Below are positions 13,075 to 25,039 of a stretch of DNA of 64,000 nt, piece after piece. Positions within the stretch are counted from its first letter, which is position 1. Every line of letters begins with the position of its first letter. This DNA is from Eledone cirrhosa. Taxonomy: Eukaryota. The notes under the pieces are model-generated. The model searched no databases, was not told the origin of the DNA, and saw only the letters and a list, made by a program, of their open reading frames with translations. The stretch lies in NCBI GenBank assembly GCA_964016885.1, contig OZ024740.1, positions 203,608,001 to 203,672,000 on the forward strand. Reading direction: 5' to 3'. The position numbers and the translations under genes were made by a program.

Positions 13075-13529
13075 CATGTCTATAAATACATTTATAAAGA
13101 TGCATGGTATGGTTATTATATATACACATATATAGAGTTAATACCTATATGTATACCACATATATATATAGTTAACATAAAGGGTCAGCTTGGTCACGTG
13201 CTGTCAGATCGAATTTCCATGAGAATTACGTTAAGAGTACACTTGTCTGCAGAATTCTCAGCCATTTACATGTTAATTTCATGAACAGGCTGTTCCGTTG
13301 ATCGAAAAACTGGAATACTCATTGTTGAAACCGATGTAGGTCTTCCATAGTAGGTTTGGGCTCATGACAAAAATAAACATACCAGACGAAAAAAAAAAAA
13401 AACTCCACATAGTATAAAGTAATACAGAAGTTGAATATATAGTGTTAGTTTCTTTATCTAATAAATTCTTCTTTTCTTTTCTTTTCTCTTCTCTTCGCCC
13501 ACTTATTCCTGAGAGGGTTGTGGAGGCAG

Positions 13530-14675
13530 AGTCCTCAAACACTCCTTCCAACAGGTCCTGTCAGAAGCAACCATCTCCAACTGATCTGGCTGGATCCCCA
13601 AGCGAGATCAGCTAAGCTCATGAATGTAATCCAACCATCTTGCTTGAGGTCTACCCCTGGGTCTCCTGCCAGTTGGTTTTCCCCATAAAATATGTCCAGC
13701 GATTCTTTCCTGAGACATTCTAACCACTTGCTGACAGTATTGGAACTGTGATCTCTCAATTCAGAGAAGTAGCGGCTCTATCTGGAGTGACTGTCTGATC
13801 TCTGCGCACTTTCAGGAAACCATTATTTGACCGCTTGTATTCATGATGATATTGTTTCGGTTATTACCCAACATTCATAACCTTAAGTAAGGGTTGGCAC
13901 GTATACCGAATTGAAGATAGCGAGTTTGGCTTGTAACACCTACCTCCCTTCTGATTACTGAATGCTGAAGCTGCCGCATTACTGCACCAGCTTTTGCAAT
14001 TCTTGCACTTAATTCAGTCTCTTGCCTTCCACCACTCGTGAACATGGCCCCGAGATACTTGAACTTCTCCACCTGCTTCAGTGGAACTCCATTCACATGT
14101 TGAGTGCACTGTGCAGGTTTCCTTGAGAGGAAGAGTGTCTCAGATTTTGCAGCACTGATTTTCATTTCAGCCATGCAGCACTCGGCATCAAACCTATCAA
14201 GTGCAAGTCGGAGATCACCTTTTGTCGAGTTAAATAACATGTCATCTGCAAATTGCAGCCAACTGGTTTTACACCTGCCAGTCGCAATACCACTTCCAAC
14301 CTGGCTCCGCATGTCAATCCTGTTCATGAAAATAATGAACAGGAGAGGTGACAGTACGCAGCCTTGGCGGAGTCCGACTCCTAAATTGAATGATTTCGAT
14401 TTAGCACTATTTATCCGAACACAAATAATCAGGCATTCGTATAGAGACAACAGGACAACAAGAAGCTGACCATTGATCTCATACTCCTGCAAAACTTTCC
14501 ACTGCAGATCCTGAGGAACATGGTCATTTGCCTTTTTGAGGTCTCCAAAACAAGAATATACCTTTTGGCAATACTCCCACGATTTCTCAAAGACCTGCTG
14601 CAGGTTGGCTGTGCTGCGTCCAGGGCCAAAACCACACTGTTCATCAGCTAGCTTTGATTCAACAATCTTCCTTAA
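13530..14675 (-). mobile_element. RTE-like LINE reverse transcriptase fragment
   Basis: EQCGF, RQGCVLSPLLF, QFADD and FKYLG motifs; degenerate. Confidence 0.88.
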
Positions 14676-14919
14676 TATTATACACAAAAATATACAATAA
14701 AAGGGAAAAACAAAAAGCCATCAATTCAGCACTAAGTGCATTAATCAGTTACACACCACAAGGGTCATCGGGACCTCCCTCAAATCCAGAACTACTTTAC
14801 CATGCCTGCACTATGTATGTGTGTAGATGAAAGATGTTCTGTATATCTGTAGATCAGTACACCTCTACCTGTGGTGATTAATGTTATAGGGTGTAGTGAC
14901 AATCTGGATGTAGTGTATG

Positions 14920-15192
14920 CAGGGCCAGATTTAATGGGGAGCAAAGTGGGAAATTGCTCCAGGCCTCCTGTAGTAGTGGGGGTACCCACCAGCAATGGCC
15001 ATAGCAATTTATTTGTGCCCTCAGCTGGGCTTTTTAGTTTTAGGATGGTTAGAATCTTAGAATACCTGTATATATAACTTTTCAACTCTAATTACTTGTG
15101 CCAAGTTAACTTTGATATGTAAAGTTGAGGGGTTTTCTGTATATTCTAAACCTGAAGTGTCCTGGGCCTGCCATGGTCTAAATCCAACCCTG
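14920..15192. mobile_element. hAT-like MITE
   Basis: Ends CAGGGCCAGATTTA and TAAATCCAACCCTG; related ends near 23600 and 27160-27332. Confidence 0.55.
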
Positions 15193-15234
15193 CTGTCCTG
15201 TATTTGCATTTGTAATGAAAATGTTCATCCTTAA

Positions 15235-15442
15235 CCCTTTAGTATTTACATTACTCTATATTTACTATTGTATTTTCATGGTAAAGGCTTTATCTCACAT
15301 AATGTCGAATCTATGAGATTTTGATGTTATTTATTTTGAGAACAATACCTTAACATCAGTATGAGCGGCTGGTTACAGCCGGTTTGAATAGAAAGAGGTG
15401 AGAGAATTCTAGCAGCATATGGCCAATTTAAATGTTAAAGGG
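15235..15442. mobile_element. piggyBac-like MITE
   Basis: TTAA|CCCTTTA...TAAAGGG|TTAA; second copy at 17451-17660. Confidence 0.8.
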
Positions 15443-16054
15443 TTAATAAAATGATACCGAAATGAATTTTTAAAATCAATGATAAAATGACTTTCTTTTG
15501 GTAATTTAGGAAAGCTAAGTTATATTTTGTAATATTCTCCATTATTGTTGGCTTGATTTATAATTATACTGCATTTTTCATGTTTTCATACATAATTTTG
15601 ATAATCAATGGCAGTGTTCCAGCATGGCCTCAGTCTCTCGGCTGAAACATATAATAGAGTAATGTATTGTTTTGTATGTGTGTTTTTTTTTTTGTTTTTT
15701 TTTGTAGTTGCAACTATGAGTTCTCTATGTTTGTGCATAGTTTTGTTTGCTTTACAATGTGTTTTATGTGTGTTGTGAATGTTGTGGAAAGGTTTTATGT
15801 AATTCAAGGTATTTTTGTATTGTGCATTGTGTGATATGTGATATGTTTGAGTGTGAAGGTATTTAATGTTTTCTGGTGTTACTCGTAATAAAGGAGACAA
15901 TGGATTTGGTATAATTCTGTTGTTGTTAGGTATCTTGTTGTGGTGTTAGATATCTTGGTGATTTTAAGTGGGTATCGAGTAGTTGGAGTGGTTATGGGAG
16001 GAGAATACTGGGAGGATAACAGTGTGATGTTGGTGGGAAGATGTGAGGGGTGTA

Positions 16055-16599
16055 CAAGGTACACTCAAGAAGATTTGAGATTTTTGCTTTTCAGGCACTT
16101 GACCTAGGTAACTGTCACTAAAACATCCTTGATATGGTTATAATAAGATAACATGCCAAATCTTTTTTTATCCAGGTTGAAGGTTCAGGTCACTACAGCA
16201 CTTTAAACACTATCCATCATACATGTCTTATCACAGCTGACTGGTTCCACAATGCAGTCAGGACATAAGGACAACTTGGAGGCTCTATATGTAATAAAGT
16301 TTTGTGTCAAGCTTGGAAAAAAAAACACTGCAGAAACCTATGAAATGGTCAAAACTTCTTACAGACTAACTTTCATGAGTCGGGCAATTGAAAGGAAATG
16401 AAGGAAGCTGTGACAAGTGCCCTGGACACATTCATTTTGGAGGACTACAAAGGGGGGGGGGGCTTCCAGAAGTGGTTGGAGCAATACAACAATTGCAATG
16501 AAGTTGGAGGATCCTACTTTGATGGAGACAAGAGTTTTGTGATGATCTCAGTTAAATAAATGTCTCTGATAAGTCTCAAAACTTCTTGAGTGTACCTCA
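16055..16599 (+). mobile_element. Internally deleted mariner transposon
   Basis: TIRs AGGTACACTCAAGAAG and CTTCTTGAGTGTACCT with TA flanks; transposase N-terminal IKFCVKLGK..AETYEM and C-terminal FQKWLEQYNNC.EVGGSYFDGD remnants. Confidence 0.8.
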
Positions 16600-17134
16600 T
16601 ATCATCATCATCATCATCATCATCACCGTTTTATGTCCATTCTTCCACGCTAGCATGGGTTGGACGGGTTGTCCTGTTGTGGGACGGGTAGTCCTGTTGC
16701 TCATACGAGAACTGATTTTGACTTGATTTCTACAGCTGGATGCTGAAATATATAATAGATTAATGTATTGTTTTGTGTGTGGTTTTTTAATTTTTTTATT
16801 TTTGTACTTGCAACTATGAGTTCTCTATGTTTGTGCATAACACCAACCTCATTTACAGTGAGTGCTGAGTGCTTTTTTCCGTGGCGCCTACACGACCACT
16901 TTACAGTGTGGGCTGGGTTCTTTTTTGTCGTGACACCTCCATGACCACTTTGCAGTGGGAGGGGGTGGGGGCATATTGTCTATATGCTTCAGCTTCGGCT
17001 TGTACCCATGGGAAGTTGGGTCTTCTGTATTACTGCATGATGCCAGAGGTCACAGTCCTGTATCATCACCTTTGTTGGTTTAAATCTCATTTTATGCTGT
17101 AAAACGTGAAAGTAACTTGGAGATGTTTCATTGA

Positions 17135-17248
17135 CAGGGCTGGCACTACCATATAGGTAAACTAGGCAACCGCCTAGGGCGCTGATTTCACAGGCGGCGC
17201 CAGAATCTAACCTTGCCTAAGGTGCCAGATAGTCTGGCACCGGCCCTG
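17135..17248. mobile_element. hAT-like MITE
   Basis: TIR CAGGGCTGG / CCGGCCCTG; 8-bp TSD TTCATTGA / CTCATTGA (7 of 8 match). Confidence 0.75.
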
Positions 17249-17450
17249 CTCATTGATATTGTTGATCATCCTTAGGAAACACTGTGACCCATTATTAACC
17301 ACTGGATTTTACCAGGTACATATTTAATCTCATTCTCCTAATTTCACTCATGAAGCCCAACCATCTGAGATTAGATGTATACCTGGTAGAATAATAACCA
17401 CCACATAGTTTCCCTGAAAACAATGGATGATGTCGAGACAACCTCCTTAA

Positions 17451-17660
17451 CCCTTTAGCATTCACATTACTCTATATATACTATTATATTTTCATGGTAA
17501 AGGCTTTATCTTACATAATTATCTAACATAATATCGAATCTATGAGATTTTGAAAGTATTTATTTTGAGAACAATACCTTAACATCAGTTTGAGTGACCA
17601 GTTACAGCCAGTGTCAACAGAAAAGGGTAGAGAATTCTGGCCGGTTTGAACATTAAAGGG
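17451..17660. mobile_element. piggyBac-like MITE, second copy
   Basis: TTAA TSD and CCCTTTA TIRs; body homologous to 15235-15442. Confidence 0.8.
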
Positions 17661-18159
17661 TTAAGTTACTTTCACATTTTTTGCAGCATAAAATAAGATT
17701 GAATCATATGTTGTGTGTATGAAGCTATCTGTTTTGTGGAGGTGTGGCTGAGAGGACAAATCCCTGTGGTTCACCATTCAGGGGAATTTACAGATTCTGT
17801 ACAAGATTCTTGTACACTTAGCAGCCTAACCTGTAGTTTACTAGCCAGTGTTTTGGTGTCGTTTCTTAAGGTGGTATTGAGTATTTTGTGTATGAGTGGA
17901 TAGTGAGGGATGCAGTGGAAAGCTTTGGTGATTTTTTTTTTTTTTTTCTTTTAGGGATCCTACTCTTGGGTCCCAAATAATAGGGGCAGAGGTTGGATAT
18001 TTGCTGAGAGTACATGCTTCAAGTTCTAGTTATTCTTCTGTTAGTTGTAAGTTCTTCATATACATTACATGACTTGTATATATATCAATAACCATTACAT
18101 AAATCCCATGCATTTAGCATTGATTACTGCATTTCTTAATGAACAGTTTGAAATGGGGT

Positions 18160-18480
18160 CTACATATTGTATCTAGCTTGGGCCTATTACCACTTTTGGA
18201 GGGAGAGGTCTACATTTTACATGTGGTTTGGTACTATTAGCAGCTGGGGATTGGGGGAACATTTTATATCCGACCTGGGACTATTACCAGAACTGTTGGA
18301 GTTGCTTTGCATCTGGCCTGGGCTTATTACCCAGGGGTGTGGGGGGTGCAGATACTATATTTTACATCTGGCTTGACCCTATTACCAGTGGGGGGTGCAG
18401 ACACTATATTTTATATCTGGCCTCTACCTATTACCAGTGGGGATGCAGATATATTTTATATCTGGTTTGACCCTATCAGC
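18160..18480. repeat. Degenerate minisatellite (about 40-50 bp unit)
   Basis: Repeated ATTTTATATCTGG...CCTATTACCAGTGGGG motif just upstream of SUOX exon 2. Confidence 0.7.
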
Positions 18481-18586
18481 TTTGTACAGGTTTGTATGTG
18501 TATTTAACTATTTCTTTACTTACTAAAACTGTGATTTTGTATTATTCATGTTTATTCCATCTGTATTATTCATGTTTATTCCACAG

Positions 18587-19554
18587 GGTTATATGCTTAC
18601 CTTAAGGCCAACCCGGAAGAAGCTGCACAATTTGTCCCAGCTGGAAGACATAAAGACAATTTACCAACATATACCAAGGAGGAAATAGCCAAGCATTGTA
18701 CAAAAGATACCAAAATATGGGTCACATATAAAAATGGGGTTTATGACATCACTGACTATGTACAGAGCCATCCCGGAGGCAAGAAAATTCTCCTGGCAGC
18801 TGGAAAGTCTATAGAACCCTTTTGGTCACTCTATGCTGTTCATATGAATTCAGAAATTTTTGGAATCTTAGAAAGTTTCCGGATTGGTAATTTCAAGCCT
18901 GATCCAAAGGATTTAATAAAGTTGCAAGATGCTAATGATCCTTATGCTAATGATCCAGTGAGACACCCAGCACTGATTCCATCGTCTTTGAAACCTTTTA
19001 ATGCTGAACCACCTATAGAAATTCTAACTGAGAAATTTGTGACTCCAAAAGAAATCTTCTTTGTCAGAAACCACCTTCCTGTGCCAGAAGTCAATGGGGA
19101 AACCTTTAAGCTTGATGTAAAAGCAGAACAATCTAAAAGGACAATCAGTCTGTCACTGGAGGACTTGAAGAAGAAATTTCAAAAACATGATGTCACATCA
19201 GTGGTGCATTGTGCAGGTAATCGGCGCAGTGAAATGAAAGAAGTCAAACCAGTAAAGGGTTTAAACTGGAGTAACGCTGCGATTGGTAATGGTGTTTGGA
19301 GTGGTGTACGGTTAATTGATGTACTTCGACATGCAGGCATTGACTTCAACAATACAAGCTATAAACATATTCAGTTTGAAGGGTTGGATTTAGACCCCAC
19401 GGGAGCACCATATGGGGCTTCGATACCTATTGATTTGTTCAAGATTATTCAAGATGATGTCATTCTTGCATATGAAATGAATGGTGACGAGTTAACTCAA
19501 GATCATGGTTATCCATTACGAGCCATCATTCCAGGTGTGGTAGGAGCTCGTCAG
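18587..19554 (+). CDS. SUOX: Sulfite oxidase exon 2 (cytochrome b5 heme domain and Moco-binding domain)
   Basis: Acceptor CCACAG at 18581-18586. The open frame upstream of the listed ORF gives WVTYKNGVYDITDYVQSHPGG (b5 HPGG motif), then FFVRNHLPVP, CAGNRR (Mo-ligand Cys) and DHGYPLR. Donor CAG|GTAAGT at 19555, phase 0. Confidence 0.96.
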
Positions 19555-20679
19555 GTAAGTTGATATATACACCCAACTTATTCTTTCATTTTCTTTCATT
19601 GTTTCCTTCTTTTAACTACAGGCAGTGAGTTGGCATTTGTTAGGGTGTAAATTGTCTCGGTATTTGTTTTAGCTTACTGTGCTCCGAGTTCAACTTTGTC
19701 TTTCATCCTTTTGAGGCCATGTAAATAAAATACCAGTGAATTACTGGGGTCAGTTCTCTCTCTTCCTCTTTGGAAGAAATCGACTTTTCTCTGACCTGGT
19801 GAGGGATGAACTTCATATTTAAAATGCCCAAGACTCACTATCTGTCAGGACAGCACCCCGACAATTCCATTAAGAGTTAAGGGTCCTTTATTTTGAATTT
19901 TTTAATCTCATTTGTCTGCAGTAATTGACTGGTTAATGTATAAACTTGGGCCGTGTATTCTGGGAGAACACTGCATACCCACTAAAGATGGTAAATAATT
20001 CTGGTCTTGCAGTGTCATTAATAGAACTCCAGAGATTTCGATGATGAGTCTTCCAGTTGATCAATCAACTGAACAAACTGCTCATGAAATTAACATGTAA
20101 GTGGCTGAGCATTTCACAGTCATGTGTATTGTTAACATAATTCTCAGGGAGATTCAGCATGACACTGTATGTGACAAGGCTGGACCTTTGAATTACAGGT
20201 GCAGTACATCCAGTGGGTCTCCAGACAATTTCCATCTATCCAATTTCACATGCAGTAACACTTTCTCCAGTGGCAACCTTGTGCAGTCTGTGACTAATCC
20301 AGGCTCTGCTGCACTTCAGGCCAAATATTGGTTGCTCTCCAACAGGTCGAACCTGTAAGCAGTGGAGACTTTTGATGTCACTTCCTGTACTAGGTGATAC
20401 ATTGTGTCCTAGGGCATGACACTTTATTTCATGTTATTCCAGTTCACTCAGCTGTAGAAATGAATTGCAGTGTCACTGGTGCCAAGCTGTATTGGCCTTA
20501 GCCTTTTCCTTGGATGATATTGGTGGTGTGGAGAGGGGAGGCTGCTGGTTTTCCACAAAATACCCTTGCTCCAGCTTGTGCTTCAGAGAGGAATTTTTGT
20601 TCCAACTCTCTGCTCTGTGGCTTTCATTAAAAATATCGTAGTGAAAAGGTTAAAGTAGTTTTTTTTCTCTTACTTTCAG

Positions 20680-21204
20680 GTGAAATGGTTACAGAAGATA
20701 ATATTGAGTTCTGATGAGAGTACCAGTCATTGGCAACGCCGAGATTACAAAGGGTTTAACCCCTCAATTGACTGGCACAATGTGGATTTTGATTCTGCAG
20801 AATCTATTCAGCAGTTTCCAGTTCAATCTGTGATCAGTAATCCGTCCCCAGATAGTTATGTTAATGAAGATGAGGAGGAGATTGAAATCCAAGGGTATGC
20901 CTGGAGTGGTGGTGGTCGTGGTATTATACGTGTTGATGTTTCTATTAATGGAGGTAAGACTTGGCATGATGCTACTCTTCAGACAGCTGACCAGTCCCTA
21001 TATCAAACGTATTCCTGGACATTGTGGTCAGCAACAGTTAAAATCCCCCCAAACCACAAGGGTAGATTGGATCTTGTTTGTAAAGCAACAGATATATCTT
21101 ATAATACACAACCTGACTCTTTTGAAGGTATTTGGAACCTTAGGGGAGTATTAAGTAATGCATGGCATCGAATCACGGTAAATGTTGAAAAAGATAATGC
21201 ATAG
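20680..21204 (+). CDS. SUOX: Sulfite oxidase exon 3 (C-terminal dimerisation domain)
   Basis: Acceptor TTTCAG at 20674-20679 joins GARQ|VKWL. Contains GYAWSGGGRGIIRVDVS and WNLRGVLSNAWHR; TAG stop at 21202-21204. Confidence 0.96.
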   Translation: MKWLQKIILSSDESTSHWQRRDYKGFNPSIDWHNVDFDSAESIQQFPVQSVISNPSPDSYVNEDEEEIEIQGYAWSGGGRGIIRVDVSINGGKTWHDATLQTADQSLYQTYSWTLWSATVKIPPNHKGRLDLVCKATDISYNTQPDSFEGIWNLRGVLSNAWHRITVNVEKDNA

Positions 21205-21437
21205 ATTCTACACATCAGAAGTAAAGCTTTTCAAGAGAAAACTATTTTACCCTAGAATCACCCTAGAATTACCCTAGAATCACCCTAGAATCACATTCAC
21301 ACTCACACACATACACATACACACACTAATACACACACACACACACACACACACACTAATACACACACACACACACAAACATCTCACATTTATAGATTAC
21401 AATGCATACATATATGTATGTATGTGTGTGTATATGT

Positions 21438-21836
21438 ACGAGGGCAGTCCCAAAAGTAAGAGGTCTCCTTCCGATATTGAAACTTTTCCATTAAAATCCT
21501 GTGGATGGTGCTTCGGAAAACCTCAGGAACCAAAATGCAGAGAGCATCCAGAGTGATCTGCTGATCTTTACGCATATTTTCCTCGAAAGGAGACCTTACT
21601 TTTGGGATTGCCCTCTATATAATAACTGCACGAAATTCGCACTTGGCGGTAGCGTTCAACGGGAGCTCCATTCTCAACGGCTGCCAAGCCAAGATTGAGC
21701 ATCCCAGCGAAGCACGCGCATGCTTGTTTGGGAGTGAAGGAAGAACCAATCACAACAGTGTTGCCAACAGCTGTACAAACAGTTTCTCTGTGTCCCCATC
21801 GCTTTGGAGACCTTACTTTTGGGATTACCCTTGTAT
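21438..21836. mobile_element. Mariner/Tc1-type MITE with two right ends
   Basis: TACGAGGGCAGTCCCAAAAGTAAG at about 21437; complementary CTTACTTTTGGGATTRCCCT at about 21596 and 21812, each followed by TA. Confidence 0.7.
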
Positions 21837-22113
21837 ATATATATATATGTTTATGTTTGTATATATATATATACACTATTGTACCTTCAATTCCCACCAT
21901 AAAAAATGCACACGCATACACACACATATATATTTATATAGGGATAATGATGCGAATATAAGTGTGTGTGTGTATATATATATGTGTACATATACACAAC
22001 ACTTGATATGACCTGTCCAACCCTTGCTAGCAGAGAAAGCAGACATTAAATGATGATGATGATGATATATATATATACACCTGTATATAATATATACATG
22101 AATGTATATACGT

Positions 22114-22153
<40 letters not shown>

Positions 22154-22337
22154 CCTACACACATACATACACACCTGTATGTTTATATGTTTGAGTGTGT
22201 ATATATGTGTGTTTATGTGTATATATATCTATATATCTATGTGCATGTGTGTGTACATATGTATATATATATATATATGTATATCATCTTCATCGTTTAA
22301 CGTCCATCTTCCACGCTACCATGGGTAAGACTAGGTG

Positions 22338-22392
<55 letters not shown>

Positions 22393-23365
22393 TAGTACCA
22401 TGAAAAAAAACACCCAGTTTACACTATAAAGCAGTAGTGCTGGTGCCATGGTAAAAAGCACCCAGGCCACCCTGTATGTTGATAGTGCTGGTGCCATGTG
22501 AAAATGTTCCCAGTACATTCTTATAAAGTGATTGGTGTTAGGAAGGGTGTCAAGCTGTACAAACTAAACCATAAATAGAGCGTATGAGCAAGATATGGTC
22601 ACCTGACTAGTCTAGCCTCAGAATTTGCCAACCTGTTTAACCCATGCAAGCATGGAAAATAAACTTTAAACGGTGATGATGCTGATATATATAACACTTA
22701 TAAAATATATGTATAAAGTGAAAAATAAAAAGGTTTATCCAAATAGAAGCACACCGCCATCATAATCATCATCACCATTTAATGTTTATTTTCCATATTT
22801 GCATGCGTTAGATAGGTTGTCATTTTCTGATGCTAGACTGGTCATATGACTGTGTCTCGCTCATACATTCCATTCTGGCATGGTTTCTATGGCTGGATGC
22901 CCTTCTTAATGCCAAACACTTCACAGTATGTACTGGGAGTATTTTTGGCACCAGTGCTACCACCTTACTGGGTGCTTTTTGTCAGGTGATCAGCACTAAA
23001 ACTTCACAGTGTGCACCGAGTGCCTTTTATCTTAGCATCAGGTCTACTCCCTTACTGTGCTGACTGGGTGCATTCAATCAGCAGGGTGGACTTAGTAACA
23101 GCGATGAAAACAACCAAAAGTGTGGGATGTATTTAACTTTGAAAGCAAGGTACATTAAATTAGTTACTTACTGTGATGCCTATACTGAAGTTTGATTCCT
23201 TACATTTGAGTGATGTAACAATTATGTTGAAATCATTCCAGATAATTCTTTATGAAATATTACTTTTCCAACAGATACTGATGATTTCCAACTACATATG
23301 GTTTAGAATTCCAAATATTATTTTTTTATATGACTCTCTCACTCTCTCTCTCTCTCTCTCCCTCT

Positions 23366-23399
<34 letters not shown>

Positions 23400-25039
23400 A
23401 TTTTATTTATACTTGGATAATAATTTAATAAAAGGTATTTAATATAAATTAATTGGTTCCTTATATTTTATTGCTGTTTTATCATAATTGTCATGTAAAA
23501 TTGGATGGGGGGTTGTTGTGTGTTCTATTTTTTTGTGTATGAAGCCCCCCACCCCCCTCCCCCAAAACCCCGAAGTGCCGCTGGGCCCCCGAAGGTCTAA
23601 ATCCCAACCCTGCTTGTCAAAGATACCATGCTGTGGGATGGAACCCAGGGCCTTATGGTTGTGAAGCGAACTTCTTAATCATTCAGCATGCTACCTTCAC
23701 ATTCTAGTCTAAAGTCTGTCTCAAGTCTGGAGACTCATCAAGCCAGTGCTTATCCCGGTTTCCTTGGCATGAAACAACTGAGAGTACAAGACATCCCCCT
23801 GGACAGGACGCTAGTCCATCGCAGGGTAAACCCTCCCAGCTATTGCTGGTACTCATTTTTTTTTTTTTATTGCTGAGTATACTGGAACAACGTGAAAGGA
23901 AGTGTTTTGCTTAAGAATACAACACGCAATCCAGTTCAGGAATCGAACCCATGACATTATGATCGTAAGTCGAACACCAAACCACTAAGTCACATACCTC
24001 CACATTCACATCCAGAAGTATATTAATGACTGCGGAGCATTGAACCAGCAAGCCTATTATTAAGTGTGCATTATCCATAAACTATCTATTTTTCCTCTCA
24101 TGGATTGACAGTATCGGTCGAATGTCAGACGCCATGCTTTGCAGCATAGAGTTACGGTCCTTTATGTTCTGAGTTCAAATCCTGCCGAGGTTAACTTTGC
24201 CTTTCATCCTTACGGGGTTGATAAAATAAAGTACCAGTAATATACTGTGATAATTGCTGGCCTTGTGCCAAAAGTAGAAAAAAACAAACAAAAAATTATT
24301 ATCCAAGACTACATTATCTAATGTGTCCTTTTGTAATACGGTAAGGTATGATTTGAGGGAGACTTGGTTGTTATTTCTAGAAGCTCAATGATTGTGAAGA
24401 CTATTTAGTCAAAGAGTGCATAAGATTGTTTAAAAATTAATTTTTGATGTATATAAATTAAAAACTGAAAATTTGAAGAAAAAAAAACAATGAAAAGGAA
24501 AACAAAAAATTTAAAGGGAGTCAACTTCCTTAACTTTAAGAGGGAGTTGGAGATAACAATAAAGATTTTTTTTAATTACAATAAGATCTGATCATTAATT
24601 GAAATAATAGAAACACTATCGGTGGTGGTGGTGGACAGGAAGGCTATTTTGCCGATAGATATTTTTATTATGAAGGCAGGTAATAAAAATAACAACACAC
24701 AGATTACACACAGGAATTTATTAATTTTCACCACCAATCTAACCCTAACACTATATTTACTGGCAGTATAGCCTGTGGGTCTATTTTACTGGGACTGGTA
24801 AAATAAGCTTAAAATGCATGTTTGTCTATTTTACCGAGACTGGCATTGGCGAATTAGCAGAGTTCTCGTTCTTTGCGTTCCGAGTTCAAATCCCCGTTAA
24901 CTACTTGTTTGGTAGACTCAATCGATTGTTCAATTTAACACCACCACATGGTTCTTGGGTGCCTTCAGTGGAGTCCATTCTTTTTGCAAGCGTTCAGACT
25001 AGGCCTCTCGTTTGAGGATAACTTTCTCTTTTTCTCCCA

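Noticed and set aside
21248-21294. Four copies of an 11-mer (ACCCTAGAATY) after the SUOX stop; telomere-like or CRISPR-like?
   Set aside because: A simple short tandem repeat with no spacers, and not (TTAGGG)n.
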